DNA of 64,000 nucleotides from Candidatus Bathyarchaeota archaeon (GTDB lineage Archaea; Thermoproteota; Bathyarchaeia; Bathyarchaeales; Bathycorpusculaceae): NCBI GenBank assembly GCA_963782525.1, contig CAWAKC010000003.1, positions 128,001 to 192,000 of the forward strand, read 5' to 3'. Shown piece by piece: positions 20,088 to 29,889 of this stretch (position 1 is its first letter; each line of letters starts with the position of its first letter). The notes under the pieces were generated by a model. It saw only the letters and a program-made list of their open reading frames with translations, ran no database searches and was not told where the DNA came from. The position numbers and the translations under genes were made by a program.

Positions 20088-20172
20088 GAAGCTATTTTGG
20101 CTGGTCACATAATTATTGATTGTGGCTAAGTTTATGAGTATGTTTATTGCTTGCGGATGCGCTTTTTCGGTT

Positions 20173-20486
20173 GGGCTGGCGAGTTGGTGTGTGGCTTTCG
20201 GGTCCCAAATGGGATCTGAGGAAACTCCGCCCACATGTAGAATTGCAGTCCCGTCGTTGGGACAACGCGAGAGCGTTGGCAACGGAGCAGAAACGAAACG
20301 TCCACCCAGACTTGGCGATGACACATTTGTGATGTCGAGTGTGCTGGATTGGAAACGGTGAAACGGCTGTCCTGCAAGTGGAAAGGGCAAACAGTCGCCG
20401 ATGAAGTATCTACCGGAAGGCGCGGGTAGCCCGATTAGCAGAATGCCACGATAACAGAAGGCGGGTTACTGCCAACACACCAGTCT
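20173..20486 (+). ncRNA. rnpB: RNase P RNA
   Basis: CR-I GAGGAAACUCCGCCC (20218) pairs with CR-V AACAGAAGGCGGGUUA (P4); GCAGAAAC and GUGAAACGG conserved regions; P2 UGUGGC/GCCACG; P1 closes the ends. Confidence 0.93.
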
Positions 20487-20545
20487 ATTTTACTAATACA
20501 CCAGCTTTTTGTCTACTCATTACGTTTTTTCGCCTTCCTAAATAG

Positions 20546-21846
20546 CAAAGCATCCCTGAAGCCTTCAAATCAGCCTATGAGCTCCTTGTTGCAGACCGAG
20601 GAGGCTTTGTCTACGAACCAAAAGTTGGCATACACAACAACACTGGCGAAGTTGATTCTTCATCGATGTATCCAAGCTTGATGGTTAACAACAACATCTC
20701 AGCCGAAACAGTTCTTTGCAAATGCTGCCCAGACTCGCACTTGCGAATCCCAGAGTTAAACTACAACATTTGTGAGAAACGGGTTGGGGTAGTTCCTAAA
20801 GCTTTGAAGCTGTTGTCTCTAAACGGTTGCACTACAAGAGGCTAAGAGATGAAACCGTGGACCCTAAACTTAAGGAGATGTACGATAACAGACAGAATGC
20901 TTTGAAGTGGATTTTAGTCACTTGCTTTGGGTATTTTGGCTACAGGAATGCAAAGTTCGGGACGGTGGATGGCCATATTGGTGTTTGTGCGTTTGGTAGG
21001 GATGCGTTTCTCAGGGCTGCTCGGATTTCTGAGAGTCGAGGCTTTGAAGTGCTCCACGGAATAGTGGATTCACTTTGGTTAAAAAAGGAAAACACAAATC
21101 TCGAAGAATACAAGGACCTCTGCAAACAAGTAAGCGACGACATCGGGGTTCCACTGAATTTTGAGGGACGTTACAAATTAATTGTTTTCTTGCCGTCGAA
21201 AATGCACCCAAATATTGGTGTTTTAAACCGCTACTATGGAGTTATGGAGAATGGAAAACTAAAGGTTAGAGGCTTAGAGGTACGTAAACATGACACACCC
21301 AAATTCGTCTACGATGCGCAGATGGAAATGATAAACGTGTTTTCCACGGCTAACAATTCGAAAGATTTTATGCAAAAGATTCCCGAAGCCCTTAAAGTGG
21401 TGAAAGCTTACCGGCAGAAATTACTCGACGGTGAGGTGCCTATTGGAGATTTGATTATTTCTAAGCATCTATCGAAAAACCCCAAGCACTACAAGCAACA
21501 TGTCAGTCAGGTTATCGCTGCAGAGCAACTGATTAAGGAAGGTTCAGAAGTTCATGCAGGCAGCAATGTACATTTCGTTTTTACTGACTCAAACAATAAG
21601 CGCTTTGAAAGACGAGTTAAGGCAGAACAACTCTTAGACAAGGGAGTTAACCCCGATGAACGGAAATACTTGCAACTTCTATATGAGTCAGCGGCGGGTT
21701 TGTTAAGCTTCTCCAATTATACATCTAAGATTGTTCAAAACGCAATCAGGGGATATGAGAGCAAAATCTTTTCGATTATCTTGGTGGCGCATAGTTATTA
21801 TTCGGTTGGGGACTGCGCCTTTATTCCAACTGTCCTAGAAACATGA
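20546..21846 (+). pseudogene. Family B DNA polymerase (PolB2-like), 5'-truncated and frameshifted
   Basis: DRGGFVYEP, EVDSSSMYPS, frameshift near 20812, KWILVTCFGY, HGIVDS in place of YGDTDS; exonuclease region missing. Confidence 0.85.
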
Positions 21847-21905
21847 AAAAACCCATTTCAGCTTCCATACATAATTATAAATACAACATAAGAAAAAAAG
21901 GGACA

Positions 21906-21925
21906 TGACAATTTATAAATTGTCA
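21906..21925. promoter_or_regulatory. Perfect 20-bp palindrome centred on a TATA box
   Basis: TGACAATTTATAAATTGTCA, 24 bp upstream of the ATG at 21950. Confidence 0.6.
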
Positions 21926-21949
21926 CACATAAACGGAAGGAAAGAAAAA

Positions 21950-24643
21950 ATGAAATCAACCTTAATGAAAAGCAAAACATGTTTGCTTATTGTAATACTC
22001 CTACTGAGCATTGCTACTATGCTTCTTGTTTCGTCACCAGTTAACGCAGCCGTTACTTCCTACAACTCCTACATCTACGTTTCCGCCAGTCCCAGAGTCG
22101 CCGGTGTTGGCCAATCCGTGTTGCTTGTCGCTTGGACAGCCGACATACCGCCAGACATTGGCGAAACAGCGGGCACTATTTCGAGTCCAAGCGGTAGAGC
22201 TGGTTGGATTGGAATGGAAATCAATCTGACAAAACCAAATGGTGAATCAGTACTTCTTGATATGCCATATAGTGACCCAGTCGGCGCCAACTACATTGCC
22301 TACGTACCCGAAACCGTCGGCACATATACCATTCAAGCTATATTCCCTGAAACATGGAAAAACACCACCACAACACAAGCACTCTATCTTGCTGCAGTCA
22401 GCCCGAAAGAAACCTTCACCATACAGAACGACCCAATACAACCCTGGATTGAAACACCTCTGCCAAACAGTTATTGGACTCGTCCACTCAACAGTGCAAA
22501 TAGAGACTGGTATGTCATAGCAGGCGACTGGCTTGCTGGGGCCAGCGGTGGAGGCGGGGCAAGCATAAACACACCCTTTCTGCGACCCCAAGGCACTTAC
22601 GGTGGCGTACCCCAACAATTAGTCACAACCGCAGGTCCAACAAGCGCTCACATACTATGGACAAAGCCATATTACATGGGCGGAATCATGGATGCCAACT
22701 ATGAAACTACAGGCTACCAAACAGCCCACTACCAAGGTCTTGGCTGGACAGGCAACATAATTCTGCAGGGGAAAATCTACTACGCTCCACGCACAACGGA
22801 TCACGCGACAAATGGCTACACAGTCATTGACTTATACACTGGCGAAACATTATCTGAAGAAAACAACACCAAACCGGCATTCGGTCAAGTATACAACTAC
22901 GAATCTCCTAACCAACACGGAGGTTTTGCATATCTCTGGAGAACCTCCGGTCAAACTATAACTAATCCTGTCGGCGTCAACGGCACAGTTTGGACGGCAA
23001 TTGACCCAATGACTGGCCAAACCGTCTATAAGATAGCCAACGTATCTGCAACAGGCACCCAAGTCTACGGCATAGACGGAAGCATCTGCTACTACAACCT
23101 CGTCAACTACGGAACTGCAACATCGCCTAACTACCGGTTAACCATATGGAACAATTCGGCAATACCATCTGAATTGCTAGGCGACTCAGGAACTAACTAT
23201 TGGCAATGGAGACCAGCCACAGGCGGTAGAGGCACCCTTCTAGGGGGAGAATACGTTCACGATGGAAACAAAGGCTTCGCTGTAAACGTTTCAATACCAA
23301 CACCATACAACGATCGAAATACGCTGCTCAATGAAACAGGCACAATCCGCGCCATAAGAGAAAGTGAATTACTCGTAGTTGGAACTGCGGGAAGAAACGA
23401 TGAAAGAGGCGACGTTCAAGGCATGCTATGGGGCATTAGTCTGAGGCCAGACTCAACTTTAGGCCAACAACTATGGAAGGTAACATTCTCAGAGCCATAT
23501 GCACCAACATCAGCCAATGCAAGCAACACCCTAATTGAAGTCTTCCCAGACCAGAACGTGTTCGTCTGCGGCAACGTCCTCATGCAAGGCGGTACAAAGA
23601 CTCTCATGTACTATGGTTATGACTTGACAACTGGAAAACAGATATGGCAAGTTGGCCCTATGCCACAATTCGACTACTACACTAGCCGACTCGACAACTA
23701 CAAAGGGATGTTGTTCTTGGATCAAGGCTATGCCGGAGTATTGATGGCCTATAACCTAACGACAGGACAATCAGTTTGGAACTACACTGCTAATGACGTC
23801 GGCTTTGAATCTCCCTACGGCAACTATCCAATGGGCATTTCATGCATAGCTAAACAAAACGATGTAATCTACACCACAGGCAGTGAACACTCGCCTACCC
23901 AACCACTGTGGCGGGGCCCGAACCTACGCTGCATAAACGCAACTGACGGCACTGAAATTTGGAAAACACTATTCTGGGGAGCCAACATGGGAGCCACTGA
24001 TCCCAGCAACGTAGCGTTAGCAGACGGTATCCTCGTCGGTCTCAACTACTTCGACAGCGAAATCTATGCATTCGGAAAAGGGCCAAGTGCAACAACAGTT
24101 TCCGGACCCCTCTCAGGCGCAGCAGTGAATTCTGTTCTAACCCTTACCGGCACAGTCACCGATCAAACCACTACTGGCAGACGTACCACCAACGACAACT
24201 TCGAATTCACCCTCAAGGGCACACCAGCAATATCCGATGCAGACATGAATAGGTGGATGGAATACCTCTTTGAGCAGCAAAGCTACCCAGCAAATGCAAC
24301 AGGCGTTCCAGTTCATTTAACAACCATCGACCCCAACGGCAACATCTTCGACATTGGCACAGTTACATCTGACATCAACGGCAACTATGGCACTGCCTTC
24401 ACCCCAAGTGTTCCAGGCACCTACACGATATTTGCAACCTTTGCAGGCTCCAACGCTTATGGGCCGTCGACAGCTTCAACATACATCGCAGTAGCAGATG
24501 CCCCAACAGTGACTCAGGCACCAACAACGTCCCAGCCAGTATCGCTCGTTGAAACCTACTTCTTCCCAGCCATCGCAGCCTTGTTCATATTTGTTGCCAT
24601 AATGAGTGTAGTAATAATCCTGCTGACTCGGAAGCGCCCATAA
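21950..24643 (+). CDS. Secreted PQQ-like beta-propeller repeat protein, membrane anchored
   Basis: Same motif set as the paralogues; start moved to 21950 because the track start lies in the promoter palindrome. Confidence 0.85.
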   Translation: MKSTLMKSKTCLLIVILLLSIATMLLVSSPVNAAVTSYNSYIYVSASPRVAGVGQSVLLVAWTADIPPDIGETAGTISSPSGRAGWIGMEINLTKPNGESVLLDMPYSDPVGANYIAYVPETVGTYTIQAIFPETWKNTTTTQALYLAAVSPKETFTIQNDPIQPWIETPLPNSYWTRPLNSANRDWYVIAGDWLAGASGGGGASINTPFLRPQGTYGGVPQQLVTTAGPTSAHILWTKPYYMGGIMDANYETTGYQTAHYQGLGWTGNIILQGKIYYAPRTTDHATNGYTVIDLYTGETLSEENNTKPAFGQVYNYESPNQHGGFAYLWRTSGQTITNPVGVNGTVWTAIDPMTGQTVYKIANVSATGTQVYGIDGSICYYNLVNYGTATSPNYRLTIWNNSAIPSELLGDSGTNYWQWRPATGGRGTLLGGEYVHDGNKGFAVNVSIPTPYNDRNTLLNETGTIRAIRESELLVVGTAGRNDERGDVQGMLWGISLRPDSTLGQQLWKVTFSEPYAPTSANASNTLIEVFPDQNVFVCGNVLMQGGTKTLMYYGYDLTTGKQIWQVGPMPQFDYYTSRLDNYKGMLFLDQGYAGVLMAYNLTTGQSVWNYTANDVGFESPYGNYPMGISCIAKQNDVIYTTGSEHSPTQPLWRGPNLRCINATDGTEIWKTLFWGANMGATDPSNVALADGILVGLNYFDSEIYAFGKGPSATTVSGPLSGAAVNSVLTLTGTVTDQTTTGRRTTNDNFEFTLKGTPAISDADMNRWMEYLFEQQSYPANATGVPVHLTTIDPNGNIFDIGTVTSDINGNYGTAFTPSVPGTYTIFATFAGSNAYGPSTASTYIAVADAPTVTQAPTTSQPVSLVETYFFPAIAALFIFVAIMSVVIILLTRKRP

Positions 24644-25101
24644 AGAACAGCCGCATCCAAAACCAACTTCCTTTTTATTTTTTTTTAAATTCTAATTAAA
24701 GCCATTTCTCTTTGGAGATAAGGGGGTGATGCCTTGACTTCACTAAAATGGTTTAGAAACAAAGCGAACCATCCCTCAGAATACAAATTGACTGCTGGCA
24801 CTGGGCCTTAGCTTCATTAGCTTACTTGCTGCAAAGGAGCTTAGGGAATACTTAAGGTTTTAGCGATTGACACAATAATAATTATCACCTTCAGCCTTGA
24901 TTAGATGCGTGTATACCATTGTCGAGTTTATGTTTCTGTGACCTAATCTTTCTTGCACGTGCAGAAGGACGTTTGTCTTAGCATAACAAACCTATATTAT
25001 GAATACAAGAAAAGAGTTAAACCATAACGCATCGATATAGTCTATACAAGGGAGAACTAACGCAAGAAAACACAAAAGACAATTATTCACTCCAAAACGC
25101 A

Positions 25102-25605
25102 GTGAATAAACTAGCAATAATACTCAAACTCATTTTCGAAGATAACCCGGACATTTTCTTAAAAAAACCCGAAGAAGTCAGCTTGGACTTACTAAATAAT
25201 TTTTCTAACTCATTTCTTTCAATTTCAACACTATTTCAAGAAGTTATTGAAGAATGGTTTGGTTCTAGTCCAGAAGTGGTTGAAGCCATTAACAGGTCTG
25301 AAGAATTGGGAGACCAACTTGAAATTGAAGTAAGCGAGAATGATAAACTGGACTTTGAGCAAATAAGAAAAATCATGAATAGAATGAATAAAATCGACGA
25401 AGCTTTAGGCAACTTAGAGAAGATATCGCTTTATCTGAAATATTACGAAGATTTATGCAAACAAAAAGGTCTTACTAATAATGCCAACTTATCAGAAATT
25501 TTCAGAGTCTATGGTGCTGAAGAATTTACGAAAAATCTAAGAAATGAGATAAACCATCATAAAAATCAAATAGAGAGAAATAACATGTATAATCGAGCCA
25601 ACTAA
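25102..25605 (+). CDS. Hypothetical acidic helical protein
   Basis: 167-aa AT-rich ORF with no recognisable motif. Confidence 0.5.
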   Translation: MNKLAIILKLIFEDNPDIFLKKPEEVSLDLLNNFSNSFLSISTLFQEVIEEWFGSSPEVVEAINRSEELGDQLEIEVSENDKLDFEQIRKIMNRMNKIDEALGNLEKISLYLKYYEDLCKQKGLTNNANLSEIFRVYGAEEFTKNLRNEINHHKNQIERNNMYNRAN

Positions 25606-25992
25606 ACACAAAGACATTGAAAATAGCCACAAAATCATTGAAAATAGCTTATGCGGCGTTGGTTATCTCCGTTTTGTTTACAATTTTCACGTTATTAGAT
25701 TTGCTCTTGAAATATATCGTGCGCTAAATGTTTCTAAACCTTTTTGGATCTTAAAAATGAGCACTTGAACCAAAAATCTGACGTACATTAAAACAACTGC
25801 GGTCAAAAGTACAATCTCAAGCAAAAACACCTCAGGCAAGTGCACATATCCCCTAAAGGGCACCCTTCTCTCAAGCAAGGACTCTATCTTGCAACATTTC
25901 AACTAAAAGCAAGAAATCTTTAAGCGATCTGCCCAAACCAAAATGAATAGGAAAGACAAAGCATATATTTAGAATAAACTCACATAATATAG

Positions 25993-26289
25993 GTGAAGTT
26001 TTTGATTGATATTGAAGAAATTATGGGGTTACAGGTAGTGACTTCAGGTGCACGTATTCTTGGAGAAGTTAAAGGAGCAAAAATTGATCCCGCGACTTGG
26101 GCGATTAAGTTCTTGAACGTGAAGCTTACTGGCGATGCTGCTGAGAGTTTTGGAATGAAGAAGAGGTTTGCGAGTTCCAAAATATGTGTTCCAGTTAGCA
26201 TGGTTCAAGCAGTTGCGCATGTGGTGACGCTTTCTGTGTCTATGGAAGAGTTAGAAAGCTCTCAAGAAATCGCAGAGTGCAAAGACTAA
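25993..26289 (+). CDS. PRC-barrel domain protein
   Basis: IMGLQVVTSGARILGEVKGAKIDPATWAI pattern; paralogue at 62631. Confidence 0.8.
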   Translation: MKFLIDIEEIMGLQVVTSGARILGEVKGAKIDPATWAIKFLNVKLTGDAAESFGMKKRFASSKICVPVSMVQAVAHVVTLSVSMEELESSQEIAECKD

Positions 26290-26550
26290 AAAACGCAATA
26301 CGCCTTTAGGGATTCAGTGAATAGTTGAATAGTATTGATTGAGTCCTAATTTTTTCTTTTTTTCTTTTGTCAATTAGATGGCTGCATGTGAAAAACAGAG
26401 GAAATAGATGTAACTTTGCGTGCGCCCAAACCATCTGTTACCGTTGAAATCATTGGTGAATTTAAAACCCGCTTAAGTTATCCTAATCTTACCAAAGAAG
26501 CACTAATTACTTCTTGAAGGTTTATTAAACTATAAGATAGTTAATGTCGC

Positions 26551-26961
26551 ATGAAAAAATCTACAATAATAATACTTGCGGTGGTTGTTTCTGCAGTCAT
26601 TGTTGTATCAGTTGTTGGTGCAGCTTTACTCTCAGGAATGTTTGGAGCAGTCTTTAACGCAACTGAGTCTCCTCAAATCAAAGAAGCTTCAATTGCAACA
26701 AATTTTGGTGGCGGATATAGTCTAGAAGCAGGAGCATTTGCACTGGAAGGCGCCGCTCAAAACCTTGGGCAAAAAGACGCAAAAAACGTTAGAGTAGATA
26801 TCACTTTCTTTAACGCTGATACTCAGCAGGAATTAAAGACACAAACAATCTCTTTTGGAGATATTGCAGCAGGAAACTCAAAAAACATTAACCTTTCCGT
26901 TGAATTTCCAAGCGATTCAGTGCGTGTTACTTTTACAGCAGCCGACCCAGTATGGGAATAA
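26551..26961 (+). CDS. Membrane-anchored Ig-like (FxLYD-type) protein
   Basis: N-terminal TM, then G...N.G...AKNVRVDITFFNA. Confidence 0.6.
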   Translation: MKKSTIIILAVVVSAVIVVSVVGAALLSGMFGAVFNATESPQIKEASIATNFGGGYSLEAGAFALEGAAQNLGQKDAKNVRVDITFFNADTQQELKTQTISFGDIAAGNSKNINLSVEFPSDSVRVTFTAADPVWE

Positions 26962-27094
26962 ATTGAGTTTTACTTTACTTTTTTTCTCTTTTAAGTTTTA
27001 TTATCTATCGCTCGACTAAAACAGATTGAGGTATTGAACAGTAATTTACAAAATTAGGGTTTGCGAAAACCCATAAAATCGATGAGTGAGAATA

Positions 27095-27206
27095 TAAAAG
27101 CTTATAACTAGACAGCAACAATAAGAAATTAGGGACAAGTCGTGAGTAAAGAAACAAGTAAAAAATTACTAAGCCCAAAGGCGGGTTACTGCCAACACAC
27201 CAGCCC
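27095..27206 (+). repeat. Element end: promoter, int(N) start and rnpB-derived att core (copy 2)
   Basis: AAAAGCTTATAA at 27096, AGGGA, GTG at 27142, core at 27178-27203; homologous to 29643-29750. Confidence 0.8.
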
Positions 27207-27420
27207 ACGTATTCAACAGAAGGCGTCTGAAGTGACAGAAAACAGCTCTTCTATTATATACGCCAATTCTTAAGCTTTGGAATATTGGAAAAAGGAATTA
27301 GCAAACCGAGACAGCAAAACGGCTTTCCGTTATCTCCAATACCTCAAAGGTTTCGTAGAATACATGGGAAAGACACCCATCAAATCTTAGCCCAACGAGA
27401 ATTGGATTTAAGAAGCTTAA
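27142..27420 (+). pseudogene. Integrase N-terminal remnant reading through the att core
   Basis: Open frame MSKETSKKLLSPKAGYCQHTSPR...NSK, then with frameshifts ..TAFRYLQYLKGFVEYMGKTP.QILAQRELDLRS, resembling the core-binding domain of archaeal tyrosine integrases. Confidence 0.6.
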
Positions 27421-27429
27421 ACAAACAAG

Positions 27430-28050
27430 TGCAGCTTGATAGTATCTGTAAAGAAATCAATTTCACGCTATTGGCTTATAGGAAATTAAGATTTAATGAG
27501 CTGCTCAGAACATTGAAAAAATTCGCTGTAAAGATAACCCAACCAACACTAAAGCTACATCTGAACCATTTAATTTACAAAGGATTAGTTGAAAGAAAAG
27601 AGGAAGGCTCCCAAAATGTCAGTTACAGCCTGATAAAAGAAATTGATAACTTGATGCATGTTCTGCCAGAAGAAGTTAGGAAATGGTTTGACGCAGAACT
27701 ATTGCGTGAAGATATACCAGAAGAACTAAGAGCAAAGAAAATATCTCGTTAAGAGATTTTCAAGCACTACAGTACAGAATAATTAGACAAAAAAGTTATT
27801 GTTGATTTAAGCAATGTTCTGAGCTTAAATTTGTATGAACTAATGTCCTACATCGAGTATGACTTGAAGATAGACGAGTTTCAAAATGATTCCGATTTTT
27901 GGAACTTTGCAGGAGATCTTCTTTATCGTCAGCAAAAAAATATATAGTCGACAAATGCCGCGCCAGAGAAGAGTACAAAGAGCTGCTCTTTGAGAAAATA
28001 GAGCTATTAACCGAGGAGCTTAGAAGCGATAAAGAATTGCTCAGAAAAAG
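27430..28050 (+). pseudogene. Winged-helix (HxlR-like) regulator remnant
   Basis: LRFNELLRTL...ITQPTLKLHLNHL..KGLVER; the downstream part is broken by frameshifts. Confidence 0.55.
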
Positions 28051-28193
28051 AGGGAGGCGATCTGGAGAAATTAAGAACAACAAGAAAAGCCGTCAGGGAG
28101 TGGCATCGCTCCCGACTCCTTCTTGCCTTCACTCATCGTTCAGGTAATTCACCCACCGTCTCTAAGGAATCATAGAATAGACAATAGCTCCCC

Positions 28194-28213
28194 CTTTGAC
28201 CCCTAAATCCTCT
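28194..28213 (+). repeat. 20-bp direct repeat, copy 1 (copy 2 at 33573-33592)
   Basis: CTTTGACCCCTAAATCCTCT is identical at both sites. Confidence 0.75.
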
Positions 28214-28285
28214 TTTCAGCCGTCGTAGAAAAAGAGGACTTGGGATTCGAAGAAAAGTTAATGTGTGGGACAGCTTGCATGATAT

Positions 28286-28753
28286 TTGTGTGATATTTTG
28301 ACTAATAATGTACTCGAAGCAGTCCACAAAGTAGAGCTTGAAAAATATTTAGGCAAATGGTATGAGATTGCACATCTTCCCGCTAAATTCCAAGAAGGTT
28401 GCAATGAAACGACAGCAACTTACACTTTATTAGATAATGGCGTTATTTCTGTTCTGAACGAGTGCAAAAAGAACGGCAAAATGAAACTGGCAAAGGGAAA
28501 AGCAAAAGTTGTTGACAAAACGACTAATGCGAAACTCAAAGTGACATTTTTCTGGCCGTTTTATGGTGACTATTGGATAATAAAATTAGGGGATGACTAC
28601 AGTTATGCCGTTGTTGGTACACCAAACCGTAAGTATCTTTGGATATTGAGCAGAACACGTCAAATGGATGATAAGCTTTTTTCAGAATTAGTAGATTTCG
28701 TAAAGTCAAAAGGCTTCAACGTCGAAAACCTAATAAAAACTGTTCACAGTTAA
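28286..28753 (+). CDS. Lipocalin (Blc-like)
   Basis: YLGKWYEIA, LKVTFFWPFYGDYWI, YLWILSR; no lipoprotein signal visible. Confidence 0.9.
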   Translation: MCDILTNNVLEAVHKVELEKYLGKWYEIAHLPAKFQEGCNETTATYTLLDNGVISVLNECKKNGKMKLAKGKAKVVDKTTNAKLKVTFFWPFYGDYWIIKLGDDYSYAVVGTPNRKYLWILSRTRQMDDKLFSELVDFVKSKGFNVENLIKTVHS

Positions 28754-29030
28754 CCAGCCAAAGATTGACCTAAGAAACTGGCGATGAGAAAGACACATCA
28801 GTAGGGTATATATCCCTAAAGGGTACCTCCTCGCAAACAGGGACTCTGTCTTTCAATAAGCAGATATTTAAGATAAAATTTGTTATCAGGCATAAAATGG
28901 TTATGGCTTGAAAATTACTAGAAGTGATAGCTTGGTCGATTCGGGAGACATAAGTTAAGACTCGAGCTAAAGAGAATTATTGGTGCTTCTGAAAAAGATG
29001 TTCAGGGCAAATATTTGTCCCTAGAAGTAA

Positions 29031-29459
29031 TTATGAAAGATTGAAATCAGAGCGACCAAGAGCTGCAAGTACTTGTTCAGTTACAGTTTTTTTTCCGAGA
29101 TGTCGAACAATATCGGCGCCGACAATTATTCCAGTTATTTTATTCTGCTCCAAAACGGGCAGTCGTCTAACCTTATTACTTGCCATCAAGGAAGCTGCCT
29201 CTTTAATTAAAGCATCAGAATTGACGGTAATAACAGGGTTAGACATTACTTCTGAGACTTTAGTGTCCAAGGGTAGTTTTTCCGCAACAACCCTTCTGAC
29301 GAAATCTCTTTCTGTAACTATTCCAGCAAGCTTTTCGCCTTCAATAACTACCACGCAACCTATATGATGGGAAGTCATAAGCTGTGCTGCTTCAAAAATG
29401 CTATGATCTACACTGATGGAAACGACGTGCCATGTCATAATATCTTTTACCGTTGACAT
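29031..29459 (-). CDS. CBS domain protein
   Basis: Two CBS repeats with GIVTERD and VRRLPV. Confidence 0.9.
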   Translation of the reverse strand: MSTVKDIMTWHVVSISVDHSIFEAAQLMTSHHIGCVVVIEGEKLAGIVTERDFVRRVVAEKLPLDTKVSEVMSNPVITVNSDALIKEAASLMASNKVRRLPVLEQNKITGIIVGADIVRHLGKKTVTEQVLAALGRSDFNLS

Positions 29460-29642
29460 AATATTATTTTGGTAAAGTGACTTAAATAAGTTTTCAAAAT
29501 TAAATTTTATGTCATCATTTAAATAAATTTCATTATGTCATTAAATAATTAACGAAATAAATTTGGAAACTGGAATAACAAACAGAATGAAGATTATGAC
29601 TATCCGAGTCTGTGTATCTGTTTCTTGTAAAAGTTATTCGCC

Positions 29643-29750
29643 TAAAAGCTTATAACTAGAAAGCAACTATGAGAAAGCAGGGATCAAAATGAGTGAGGAT
29701 AGTGAAAAATTACTAAGTCCAAAGGCGAGTTATTCCATACTCCTCAGCCT
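29643..29750 (+). repeat. Element end: promoter, int(N) start and degenerate att core (copy 3)
   Basis: TAAAAGCTTATAACTAGA, AGGGA, ATG at 29689 giving MSEDSEKLLSPKASY. Confidence 0.7.
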
Positions 29751-29889
29751 AATATTAAACAGTGAGAAACAATGCAAATTGTCGGATAATGGATTGAAAT
29801 AAAAAAAGTTTTTTGCATTTTCGATGTTTTAGCTTCATAGTATTTCCTTAATAAGAAGTTTCTTTTTGACTTATTTTGATGCATTGAAA

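Larger units (their letters stand above)
20458..27203. mobile_element. Decayed integrative element 1 inserted in the rnpB 3' end
   Basis: 26-bp exact direct repeat AAGGCGGGTTACTGCCAACACACCAG at 20458-20483 and 27178-27203. Confidence 0.8.
27178..29750. mobile_element. Older decayed integrative element 2, in tandem at rnpB
   Basis: Bounded by att copy 2 and a degenerate copy AAGGCGAGTTATTCCATACTCCTCAGCC at 29722-29749; integrase remnant at its left end. Confidence 0.65.

Noticed and set aside
20088-20390. N-terminal 100-aa extension of the adenylate kinase ORF and overlapping short ORFs
   Set aside because: They overlap the RNase P RNA gene and its promoter; the kinase starts at 20087.
27005-27208. 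67-aa minus-strand ORF over att copy 2
   Set aside because: It is antisense to the promoter/int(N) arm and has no recognisable motif.
27215-27225. Extra AACAGAAGGCG match to rnpB CR-V just after att copy 2
   Set aside because: Only 11 bp and inside the int reading frame; it cannot be distinguished from chance.
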